From: a virus | Lineage: Duplodnaviria; Caudoviricetes | Strand: one strand, 5' to 3' | IMG/VR virus record: IMGVR_UViG_3300016484_000060 | Span: 1 to 29,919 of that record | Length of the DNA: 29,919 nt | Part shown: positions 6,476 to 13,276 of the stretch, in pieces | Layout: every line of letters starts with the position of its first letter | How positions within the stretch are numbered: the stretch's first letter is position 1 | Notes under the pieces: model-generated | What the model saw: only the letters and a program-made list of their open reading frames with translations | Told to the model about the DNA's origin: nothing | Databases searched by the model: none | Program-made: the position numbers and the translations under genes

Positions 6476-6792
6476 ACCCAAACTCAGCAATAGATTTCAT
6501 TATCAAGCATGGCGAGGAATTTGCTCAAGCCAAGGCAGATAGAGTCTATATTGAACAATTCCTAAAGAGCAAAAAAGCTATGCTAATGAATGACTGTCGC
6601 AATGAAACAGTCTCAAAAGCAGAAGCCTATGCCCTAGCCCATGCAGATTATCGAGTATTGCTAGATGGTCTGAAAGCTGCTGTATTAAAAGAGGAAACTC
6701 TCAAGTGGCATTTAGAAGCTGCTCGACTAAGGACTGAGGTTTGGAGAACTCAGGAAGCTAGTAACCGCCATGTAGAAAGGTCTGTGCGATGA
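6460..6792 (+). CDS. hypothetical helical phage protein
   Basis: 110 aa, GGAG SD. Confidence 0.75.
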   Translation: MDRQIDPNSAIDFIIKHGEEFAQAKADRVYIEQFLKSKKAMLMNDCRNETVSKAEAYALAHADYRVLLDGLKAAVLKEETLKWHLEAARLRTEVWRTQEASNRHVERSVR

Positions 6793-6839
6793 AAGAAGAA
6801 GCATTGAAGTTAGCTGATGAATTGGAGAAACAAAAATGA
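6789..6839 (+). CDS. 16-aa coupling mini-ORF or gene remnant
   Basis: MKEEALKLADELEKQK with ATGA overlaps at both ends. Confidence 0.4.
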   Translation: MKEEALKLADELEKQK

Positions 6840-7099
6840 TATATAAAACTTTTGAAGAGTGGAAAGCGGGTCGCTGGTTGGAAGATGGCGAGCCAAGAAC
6901 AGAAGCCTACACAGAAGATGAACTACTGCTTGTTGAGATGGGTTGGAAATATGGTTTTGATGCTGGTAAAGAACAAACAAAGCCATTAAGTGATGAGGAA
7001 ATACATGACATTTGGAAAAGTTTGTGGGAAGGCGGAAACATTGGTCATATTGCATATAACTATGCAAGAGCAATAGAAGAAAGGCATGGGATTAAATGA
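6836..7099 (+). CDS. hypothetical protein, nin-like region
   Basis: 87 aa ending KPLSDEEI...YARAIEERHGIK; GGAG SD. Confidence 0.75.
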   Translation: MIYKTFEEWKAGRWLEDGEPRTEAYTEDELLLVEMGWKYGFDAGKEQTKPLSDEEIHDIWKSLWEGGNIGHIAYNYARAIEERHGIK

Positions 7100-7286
7100 A
7101 GATATTAGTATTTATTGCATCATTTATTGGCGCATTGTTTGTATGGTGGCTTATGGGATTTGATTTTGATAGCCGAGGAATAGCAACAGGATGTGGCTTT
7201 ATTGTTTGTTTTTTGGTCGGTATATTAGGAACTCTATCTTATGACATTCATAAAAACAATTATTAGAAAGGCATGAGATTAAATGA
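7078..7286 (+). repeat. 22-nt direct repeats flanking a one-gene cassette
   Basis: AGAAAGGCATGRGATTAAATGA at 7078-7099 and 7265-7286, one mismatch. Confidence 0.8.
7096..7266 (+). CDS. two-TM small membrane protein (56 aa, not in ORF track)
   Basis: MKILVFIASFIGALFVWWLMGFDFDSRGIATGCGFIVCFLVGILGTLSYDIHKNNY; ATGA-coupled. Confidence 0.7.
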   Translation: MKILVFIASFIGALFVWWLMGFDFDSRGIATGCGFIVCFLVGILGTLSYDIHKNNY

Positions 7287-7489
7287 GCGCATTAGATACC
7301 CAAGTATCAGGCAATCACTACAAAATGCCTATTCAGCCTGTAGAGTTTATCCACAAGAACAATATTCCTTATATCGAGGGTAATGTTATTAAATACCTAT
7401 GCAGATGGCGCAATAAGAATGGCTTAGAGGACTTAAAGAAAGCTAGGCATTACATAGACCTATTGATAGAGATGGAGTCTAAAAAGTGA
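7283..7489 (+). CDS. DUF3310 / SaV-like protein (T7 gp1.7 nucleotide kinase-related)
   Basis: QVSGNHY, IQPVEFI, GNVIKYLCR, KNGLEDLKKARHY motifs. Confidence 0.88.
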   Translation: MSALDTQVSGNHYKMPIQPVEFIHKNNIPYIEGNVIKYLCRWRNKNGLEDLKKARHYIDLLIEMESKK

Positions 7490-7872
7490 ACCTAATGCGA
7501 AATCCTTTAGCCACTCATACTGACTTTAGAGATTTCAAAGGTCTGATAAAGACCAATCCTAAACTTACTCCTAGCAATTTGGACATGGTTTTGGAACGCA
7601 AGGGTAAATTTTTAGTGGGCGAATGGAAGCGAGAAAACGAGCAAATAAGCCAAGGTCAGAAGATTTTGCTCAAAAGCCTAGCCCTACAAAAAGACTTTTG
7701 CGTACTCATTATATATGGGCATACAGACGAAGAACAGACTGTCATCCACAAGTTTTACTTTCTTTCTCCTAAAGGAACACTTAAACTATGTGGCACATCA
7801 TTAGATGATTTAAAGGATTTCGTAACTCGATGGTATAACTATGCCGACCAAAGCGCAGAAAGCACACTATGA
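7486..7872 (+). CDS. hypothetical protein, possible PD-(D/E)xK fold
   Basis: NLDMVLE...LVGEWK...ISQGQ pattern. Confidence 0.6.
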   Translation: MNLMRNPLATHTDFRDFKGLIKTNPKLTPSNLDMVLERKGKFLVGEWKRENEQISQGQKILLKSLALQKDFCVLIIYGHTDEEQTVIHKFYFLSPKGTLKLCGTSLDDLKDFVTRWYNYADQSAESTL

Positions 7873-8107
7873 CAAAGTTGCAAGACTCGGATGTATTCTT
7901 TGCAGACATCTCGGCTATACCGATTCGCCATGCGAGATTCATCACATTCGTAGGGCAGGAAAAAGAGACACAGCACCTGTTATCGGATTATGTCCTGAAC
8001 ACCATCGAGGAAATACAGGGATTCATGGACTCGGTAGAAAAGCATTTGAGAGAAAGTATAATCTTACAGAGGAACAGCTTTTAGCAGAGGTAGAAAGCCT
8101 AATATGA
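7841..8107 (+). CDS. Ref-like (RecA-dependent) HNH nuclease
   Basis: GCILC...EIHHIR...IGLCPEHHRG..GIH...KAFERKY as in the P1 Ref family. Confidence 0.8.
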   Translation: MPTKAQKAHYDKVARLGCILCRHLGYTDSPCEIHHIRRAGKRDTAPVIGLCPEHHRGNTGIHGLGRKAFERKYNLTEEQLLAEVESLI

Positions 8108-8514
8108 ATATTGATGAGCGCTTATGGAATTGGTCTTACTATGTAACTTATTGGTTACAAGACCCTACTCCAAAACAACCTAAAACTTGTGCAAGTGCAG
8201 AAAAGAACTATAGCCCAATGCTAGGTCATGTTATGGATGATGAAGTCCCTGATATGCCTAGTGTAGATTGGCAAGATGGTGAGCTAGTCGAGTCTCTGAT
8301 GCGAAATATCCCTGAGCATAATCGAGCAGCTTTAAAAGCATATTATGTTTCTTATCCTTATCAATCCGACTACAATGTAGCTAATCATTTACGCTGTTCT
8401 GTTAAAAAATTTAAAAAAGACTTAGAAGATGGTCGGACACGATTACAACGAGAAATTAATAGGCAAGTATCAGGAAACAAGGCTTTGCGACAACTGTCGG
8501 ACAAAACAGCCTAA
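8104..8514 (+). CDS. putative Q-like late antiterminator / sigma region 4-like protein
   Basis: IDERLWNW N-terminus, C-terminal HTH-like segment; position before a promoter-short RNA-terminator unit. Confidence 0.6.
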   Translation: MNIDERLWNWSYYVTYWLQDPTPKQPKTCASAEKNYSPMLGHVMDDEVPDMPSVDWQDGELVESLMRNIPEHNRAALKAYYVSYPYQSDYNVANHLRCSVKKFKKDLEDGRTRLQREINRQVSGNKALRQLSDKTA

Positions 8515-8599
8515 ACACACAGGATTTATGCAGAAATTCAACAATGGACTAAACCAAAGGTGGCTGTGTTGTAGTTGTAAGGAAAAAATAGTAGAATAA
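8429..8599 (+). CDS. small zinc-finger protein (56 aa, not in ORF track)
   Basis: CDNC...WLCCSC; overlaps the Q-like gene by 86 nt and fills the gap after it. Confidence 0.55.
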   Translation: MVGHDYNEKLIGKYQETRLCDNCRTKQPKHTGFMQKFNNGLNQRWLCCSCKEKIVE

Positions 8600-8664
8600 A
8601 TACAAAAGCCCTAATAGCTGGACACTAAAAGGGCTTTCTAAACACAACAACTGGAAAGGAGTTG
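8569..8664 (+). promoter_or_regulatory. promoter and leader hairpins of the HNH gene
   Basis: TTGTAG-17-TAGAAT (8569-8597); hairpin AAAGCCCT/AGGGCTTT; hairpin CAACT-GGAAAGG-AGTTG covering the SD. Confidence 0.55.
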
Positions 8665-8666
8665 AT

Positions 8667-9164
8667 ATGTCTGACAAGTATTTTACATTCACAAAAGAAA
8701 AATTGCATAGTATTTTTTGCTATGAAAATGGTAATCTTTTTTGGAAAAGTCATAAATACAAAGCATACATTGGCAAAAAAGCAGGAACATTAAATCCTAA
8801 TGGGTATATTTATATATCTATTAATTCAAAGCAATATTTTGCTCATAGATTAATTTTTTTAATGAATCATGGGTATCTGCCAAAAACTATTGACCACATA
8901 AACAATAATAAATCAGATAACAGAATAGAAAACTTACGACCAGCTACCATTTCTGAAAATGGTTTAAACAGGAAAACATCTAAAAATAATTCTAGTGGTG
9001 TAAAAAATGTTGCTTGGTGTAAATCTTCAAAAAAATGGAAAGTTAGTATGACTGTCAATGGTAAAGATAAATACTTTGGTGTATATGATAATTTAGAATT
9101 AGCCGATTTAGTTGCTCAAGAAGCTAGAGATAAATTTCATGGAAAGTTTGCTAGACACAAATAG
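8667..9164 (+). CDS. HNH homing endonuclease with AP2-like C-terminal domain
   Basis: AHRLIF...IDHINNNKSDNRIENLR, then NNSSGVKNV.W...KW....YFGVY...A..AR..FHGKFA; AT-rich. Confidence 0.9.
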   Translation: MSDKYFTFTKEKLHSIFCYENGNLFWKSHKYKAYIGKKAGTLNPNGYIYISINSKQYFAHRLIFLMNHGYLPKTIDHINNNKSDNRIENLRPATISENGLNRKTSKNNSSGVKNVAWCKSSKKWKVSMTVNGKDKYFGVYDNLELADLVAQEARDKFHGKFARHK

Positions 9165-9165
9165 T

Positions 9166-9193
9166 TTGCAAAACCTTAAAAAAGGTATATACT
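9166..9193 (+). promoter_or_regulatory. late promoter (pR'-like)
   Basis: TTGCAA (9166-9171), 16-nt spacer, TATACT (9188-9193). Confidence 0.6.
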
Positions 9194-9199
9194 TTGCGT

Positions 9200-9280
9200 G
9201 GGGTAGTGTTTTCTACTCCGATGCGATTTTTCATGTAGTCTCCCTTCACGGATTTAGCCCTAGCAAATAGGGCTTTTTTT
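9200..9280 (+). ncRNA. short terminated late-leader RNA (lambda 6S/tR'-like), candidate sRNA
   Basis: 5' hairpin 9200-9219, pyrimidine-rich linker, intrinsic terminator. Confidence 0.55.
9256..9280 (+). terminator. intrinsic terminator (tR'-like)
   Basis: AGCCCTA-GCAAA-TAGGGCT followed by T6. Confidence 0.8.
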
Positions 9281-9291
9281 ATGGATTTATT

Positions 9292-9669
9292 ATGGACAAG
9301 AAACCTATGATTATGATTGGCTTGCTCGGTGGTAAGCCTGAAATGGCTGAAAAGAAAGAGGGCGGTCTCTTAGAAGCAGATGTAGAGTCTTGTCCTTTAG
9401 CTACACAAAACGAAACCATTAACGCTGGCAACAAAGAAAAAGCTATTGTTGTAGCCAAGTATGGTAAGCGCACAGACGCACAATGTAAGTCTTGCGAATA
9501 CTTCTGTACCCCTGACGAAATGCCTAACTGTGGCATCAAGAAGGGTATGGGATTCTGTAAGATTTACGAATTTATGTGTGCAGAATCAAATGGTTGCGAC
9601 TCTTGGGAGTCTGCCGATATGGAAGAAATGGAAGAATCTGAAGAAGAATCAGAGGATTACGAAGATTGA
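9292..9669 (+). CDS. Cys-rich protein with HiPIP-like motif and acidic tail
   Basis: QCKSCEYF...GFCKIY...NGCDSW. Confidence 0.55.
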   Translation: MDKKPMIMIGLLGGKPEMAEKKEGGLLEADVESCPLATQNETINAGNKEKAIVVAKYGKRTDAQCKSCEYFCTPDEMPNCGIKKGMGFCKIYEFMCAESNGCDSWESADMEEMEESEEESEDYED

Positions 9670-10298
9670 TTCCTAAAGTCCTACACTTTGTTTGGATTGG
9701 TGACGAGTCGAAAAGACCCGATAACTGTATTGATACTTGGCGAGAACTAAATCCTGATTACGAAATCAAGATTTGGGGAAACAAGGAACTCAAAGAAAAC
9801 AAGTGGTATAACGCTAGACACATGATGGCTATGGCAAAGCAAGAGCTTTGTGGAGTAGCAGATATGATGCGTTATGAAATCCTGTATGAGCATGGTGGAA
9901 TCACAGTCGATGCAGACTCTATCTGCCTAGCACCATTAGAGGATTGGTTATTAAAGCCTGATGCTTTTAGTCATTGGGAGAATGAGTTAGTGCGCCCTAA
10001 CTTAATACAAGTCAGTTTTATGGGGTCTGTGCCAAAGAATGTATTTTTTGGTCACTTGATTGAGACACTAAAGCACAAAGAAACAGTAGTAGATTCAATG
10101 GCTTGGGAGTCAGTTGGAACTAAGTTTATCTCTGAAATGTATAGAGAAACTGGTTATCCGCTAACGATTTACCCTAGTCATTACTTTAGCCGAGACCATT
10201 TCACAGGGCATAGCTACGAAGGGAATGGTCATTGTTTCGCTACTCAATTATGGGGTAGCACCAAAAACAACTATGATGAGATATGGAAGATAAAATAG
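9666..10298 (+). CDS. glycosyltransferase, GT32 / OCH1-like (DxD sugar-binding)
   Basis: IPKVLHFVWIG, ADMMRYEILYEHGGITVDAD motifs. Confidence 0.88.
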   Translation: MIPKVLHFVWIGDESKRPDNCIDTWRELNPDYEIKIWGNKELKENKWYNARHMMAMAKQELCGVADMMRYEILYEHGGITVDADSICLAPLEDWLLKPDAFSHWENELVRPNLIQVSFMGSVPKNVFFGHLIETLKHKETVVDSMAWESVGTKFISEMYRETGYPLTIYPSHYFSRDHFTGHSYEGNGHCFATQLWGSTKNNYDEIWKIK

Positions 10299-10909
10299 AA
10301 CTCAGAGATGGTTGGTGGTGGGCTAAAGACGATAAAGAAGGATGGGAATGGATTCCCTATGAACACACATTCTTTCACCAGTTAGTCAGATGGGTTGGTG
10401 GCAGAGATACAGTAGTTCAGGCTGGTGCTAACTGTGGCATTTGGATTAGAAGTTATGCACAAGAGTTCAAGAATGTTTACACATTTGAGCCTGATGATAT
10501 TAATTTTGAGTGTTTAAAGCGAAACATTACCGAGCCTAATGTTGTCATGCAAAAGGCTGCTCTAGGCGATAAAGTAGGACATTGCCATACTGTCGAGAAC
10601 ATTAAAGGCAATATGGGCGCTCAGAGGATTGAGCTAGGTGGCGATGTTCCTGTAGTCAGAATAGATGATTTACCACTAGAAGCCTGTGATTTAATCCAGT
10701 TAGATGTAGAGGGTTACGAGCATCAAGCTGTCTTAGGTGCGCTAGAAACAATAAAGAAATTCAAGCCTGTAGTAATATTAGAACTATGTGGTCATGGTCA
10801 GAAGTACGGATTTACCGACCAAGACACTATAGAAATGATGGAAAGTTTGGGCTACAAGATGGCTCAAAAAGTCATATCAGACTTAATATTTATCCCAAAG
10901 GAGTCGTAA
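10283..10909 (+). CDS. FkbM family SAM-dependent methyltransferase
   Basis: VQAGANCG, YTFEP, AALG, DLIQLDVEGYE..AVLGA..TI.KFKPV..LE motifs. Confidence 0.9.
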   Translation: MEDKIELRDGWWWAKDDKEGWEWIPYEHTFFHQLVRWVGGRDTVVQAGANCGIWIRSYAQEFKNVYTFEPDDINFECLKRNITEPNVVMQKAALGDKVGHCHTVENIKGNMGAQRIELGGDVPVVRIDDLPLEACDLIQLDVEGYEHQAVLGALETIKKFKPVVILELCGHGQKYGFTDQDTIEMMESLGYKMAQKVISDLIFIPKES

Positions 10910-11064
10910 TGAAAGGTCTCTACGCTAACATCCATGCTAAACGCAAGCGCATTGCAGAAGGCTCAGGCGAGAAAATGAACAAGGTCGGCAGTAAAGCTGC
11001 ACCAAGCGCTAAGGATTTCAAAGCTGCTGCTAAAACAGCTAAACCATACAAGGGCAAAAAATGA
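10909..11064 (+). CDS. small basic protein (51 aa)
   Basis: MKGLYANIHAKRKRIAEGSGEKM...; AAGGAG SD and TAATG coupling favour start 10909 over 10786. Confidence 0.8.
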   Translation: MKGLYANIHAKRKRIAEGSGEKMNKVGSKAAPSAKDFKAAAKTAKPYKGKK

Positions 11065-11225
11065 AAATGAACAAAAAAGGCGCTAACAAGATTAGCAAAG
11101 TCATGTCTGAATACAAGCATGGTCAGTTAAACATTGGTGGCTCAAACAAAAAAGTTAAGAGCAAAGACCAAGCCATTGCTATCGCTATGAGCGAAGCTGC
11201 TAAAGCTATGCGAGTCAAGAAGTGA
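11061..11225 (+). CDS. small basic protein, DUF6496-like (54 aa, not in ORF track)
   Basis: KISKVMSEYKHGQL...KVKSKDQAIAIAMSEA; ATGA and GTGA overlaps. Confidence 0.75.
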   Translation: MKMNKKGANKISKVMSEYKHGQLNIGGSNKKVKSKDQAIAIAMSEAAKAMRVKK

Positions 11226-11512
11226 AGATTAGAGAAGCTGCCAAGCTGTTCGAGAGAATCGGTGTAGAGGGCTACAACAAGCCCAAGCGTACTCCAAATC
11301 ACCCTACAAAATCTCATGTAGTCGTGGCAAAAGAAGGCGATACAGTAAAGACCATCAGATTCGGACAGCAAGGAGTTTCAGGTTCACCAGCTAGAAAAGG
11401 TGAGTCAGAAGCAGACAAGGCAAGACGAAAGTCATTTAAAGCCCGTCATGCTAAAAACATAGCTAAGGGAAAGCTAAGTGCTGCGTACTGGGCTAATCGT
11501 GAAAAATGGTGA
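11222..11512 (+). CDS. small basic phage protein
   Basis: GYNKPKRTPNHPTKSHVV...IRFGQQG...RRKSFKARH...SAAYWA..EKW. Confidence 0.8.
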   Translation: MKIREAAKLFERIGVEGYNKPKRTPNHPTKSHVVVAKEGDTVKTIRFGQQGVSGSPARKGESEADKARRKSFKARHAKNIAKGKLSAAYWANREKW

Positions 11513-11526
11513 GCAATCACTAACTT

Positions 11527-11685
11527 ATGTTTATAGTTCAATTAAGAAACCTTGAAACTAAATGGGATAGCTTTGATGACAAGGCAGAGTATCTCGGATT
11601 TTTATATCCATACTTACTGAAACTAGCAGACGAGCTAGAACAAGACGATATATATTTTGTAGGCGATTTGCCAATAGTGCATTAG
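11527..11685 (+). CDS. small acidic hypothetical protein (52 aa, not in ORF track)
   Basis: MFIVQLRNLETKWDSFDDKAEYLGFLYPYLLKLADELEQDDIYFVGDLPIVH; no clear SD. Confidence 0.45.
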   Translation: MFIVQLRNLETKWDSFDDKAEYLGFLYPYLLKLADELEQDDIYFVGDLPIVH

Positions 11686-11703
11686 TGTTGTATATTTACA
11701 ACA
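11686..11703. promoter_or_regulatory. palindrome TGTTGTA-N4-TACAACA, copy 2
   Basis: 29 nt upstream of terS start; identical arms to 368-385. Confidence 0.5.
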
Positions 11704-11732
11704 TCATCAACCAACACCCCTAGAGGATTGGA

Positions 11733-12032
11733 ATGGAAGCAGAACAAAAACTTGATAATTTAGAGGAAGAAAAATCAAGTCATGGCGGTTTACGAGTTGG
11801 TGCTGGTAGACCAAAAGGCTCTACAAATAAGATTCCTCGTGTAGCCAAAGAGAACATCATTCAGGCATTTGAAGAACTTGGTGGTGTAGAAGGTCTAGTA
11901 AACTGGGCTAAGACAGACCCTAAGAATCAGGGCGATTTCTACAAGATATACGGAAGACTGTTGCCTATTGAGAACAATATCTCAGGTGCAGATGGCGAAG
12001 ACATCAAGATGGTGATTTCTTGGCAGAAATAA
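11733..12032 (+). CDS. terS: terminase small subunit
   Basis: GG.R.GAGRPKGSTNK motif; immediately upstream of terL. Confidence 0.8.
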   Translation: MEAEQKLDNLEEEKSSHGGLRVGAGRPKGSTNKIPRVAKENIIQAFEELGGVEGLVNWAKTDPKNQGDFYKIYGRLLPIENNISGADGEDIKMVISWQK

Positions 12033-13276
12033 TCATTCCCTACAAACCGAGAGAACCACAGCTTGCTATCCACGATATGATGGATGGTAAGCGTTTTGGT
12101 GTTGTAGTGGCTCATCGAAGAATGGGAAAGACAGTCAGCGCTATTAATCAACTGATTAAAGATGCTGTTCTGTGCGAGAAAGAAAACCCTAGATATGCTT
12201 ATATAGCGCCTACTTATGGTCAGGCAAAGCGAGTAGCTTGGGATTACTTGTGTAAGTATGTAAGACCACTAGGTGCAAAAGAGAATATTAGCGAACTCAG
12301 AGTAGATTTCATGGGTCGCAGAATACAGTTGTATGGCTCTGATAATCCTGATTCACTCCGAGGACAATACTTTGATGGGGTAATCCTAGACGAGATTGGA
12401 GACCAAAACCCTAAGATATGGTCAGAGATTATTAGACCAGCCTTAGCAGACCGAATGGGTTGGTGTCTATTCATTGGCACACCTAAAGGGCAAAACCACT
12501 TTAAAGACCTAAGAGATAGGGCAGAAGATAGTCCTGATTGGGGATTGCTAGAGTTCAAAGCTAGTGAGACTAAACTGGTAGCCGAGGAAGAATTAAGGGC
12601 TGCTCGCCTTGAGATGGGCGATGACAAATACAATCAGGAATTTGAGTGTTCATTCCATGCTGCAGTTGAGGGTAGCTACTACGGAAAGCTACTAAACGAC
12701 ATTGAAGCTCAGGGCAAATTTATAGAAATTGTCCGAGATGATTTGTGTAGGACTGTGGCAGCTTGGGACTTAGGAATGGGCGATTCAACAGCTATTTGGG
12801 TAGCTCAGATAGCGAATCAAGAAATAAGAATCATGGACTATGTAGAGAATCATGGTCAAGGATTAGACTGGTATGTGAACTGGTTGCGAGAAAACAACTG
12901 GCACATAGCAGACCAATATTTACCACACGATGTAGAGGTCAGAGAGCTAGGAACTGGCAAGAGCAGACTAGAGATGCTACAGGGCGCAGGGTTGAATGTA
13001 ACAGTATTGCCTAGGTTATCGGTAGACGATGGCATACAGGCAGTACGCAGAATGTTACCTAAATGTTGGTTTAATATGCCTAAAGTTAGACAAGGAATGG
13101 ATTGTCTGAGAAACTATAGGCGAGAGTTTGACGAGAAGCGTAATGTGTTTTATGACAAGCCTTTGCACGACTGGGCTTCTCATGGAAGCGATGCTTTTAG
13201 ATATTTGGCGATGGGAATGGACACTAACAACTCATGGTCAAAGCCGATAAATGTAAATACTAAGTGGATAGTCTGA
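12020..13276 (+). CDS. terL: terminase large subunit
   Basis: Walker A HRRMGKT, APTYGQA, LRG, Walker B VILDE, GTP coupling motif, nuclease WDLG..D and H..DAFRY. Confidence 0.95.
   Translation: MAEIIIPYKPREPQLAIHDMMDGKRFGVVVAHRRMGKTVSAINQLIKDAVLCEKENPRYAYIAPTYGQAKRVAWDYLCKYVRPLGAKENISELRVDFMGRRIQLYGSDNPDSLRGQYFDGVILDEIGDQNPKIWSEIIRPALADRMGWCLFIGTPKGQNHFKDLRDRAEDSPDWGLLEFKASETKLVAEEELRAARLEMGDDKYNQEFECSFHAAVEGSYYGKLLNDIEAQGKFIEIVRDDLCRTVAAWDLGMGDSTAIWVAQIANQEIRIMDYVENHGQGLDWYVNWLRENNWHIADQYLPHDVEVRELGTGKSRLEMLQGAGLNVTVLPRLSVDDGIQAVRRMLPKCWFNMPKVRQGMDCLRNYRREFDEKRNVFYDKPLHDWASHGSDAFRYLAMGMDTNNSWSKPINVNTKWIV

Noticed and set aside
10786-10908. Track start for the first basic protein
   Set aside because: Overlaps the FkbM gene; SD and TAATG coupling point to 10909
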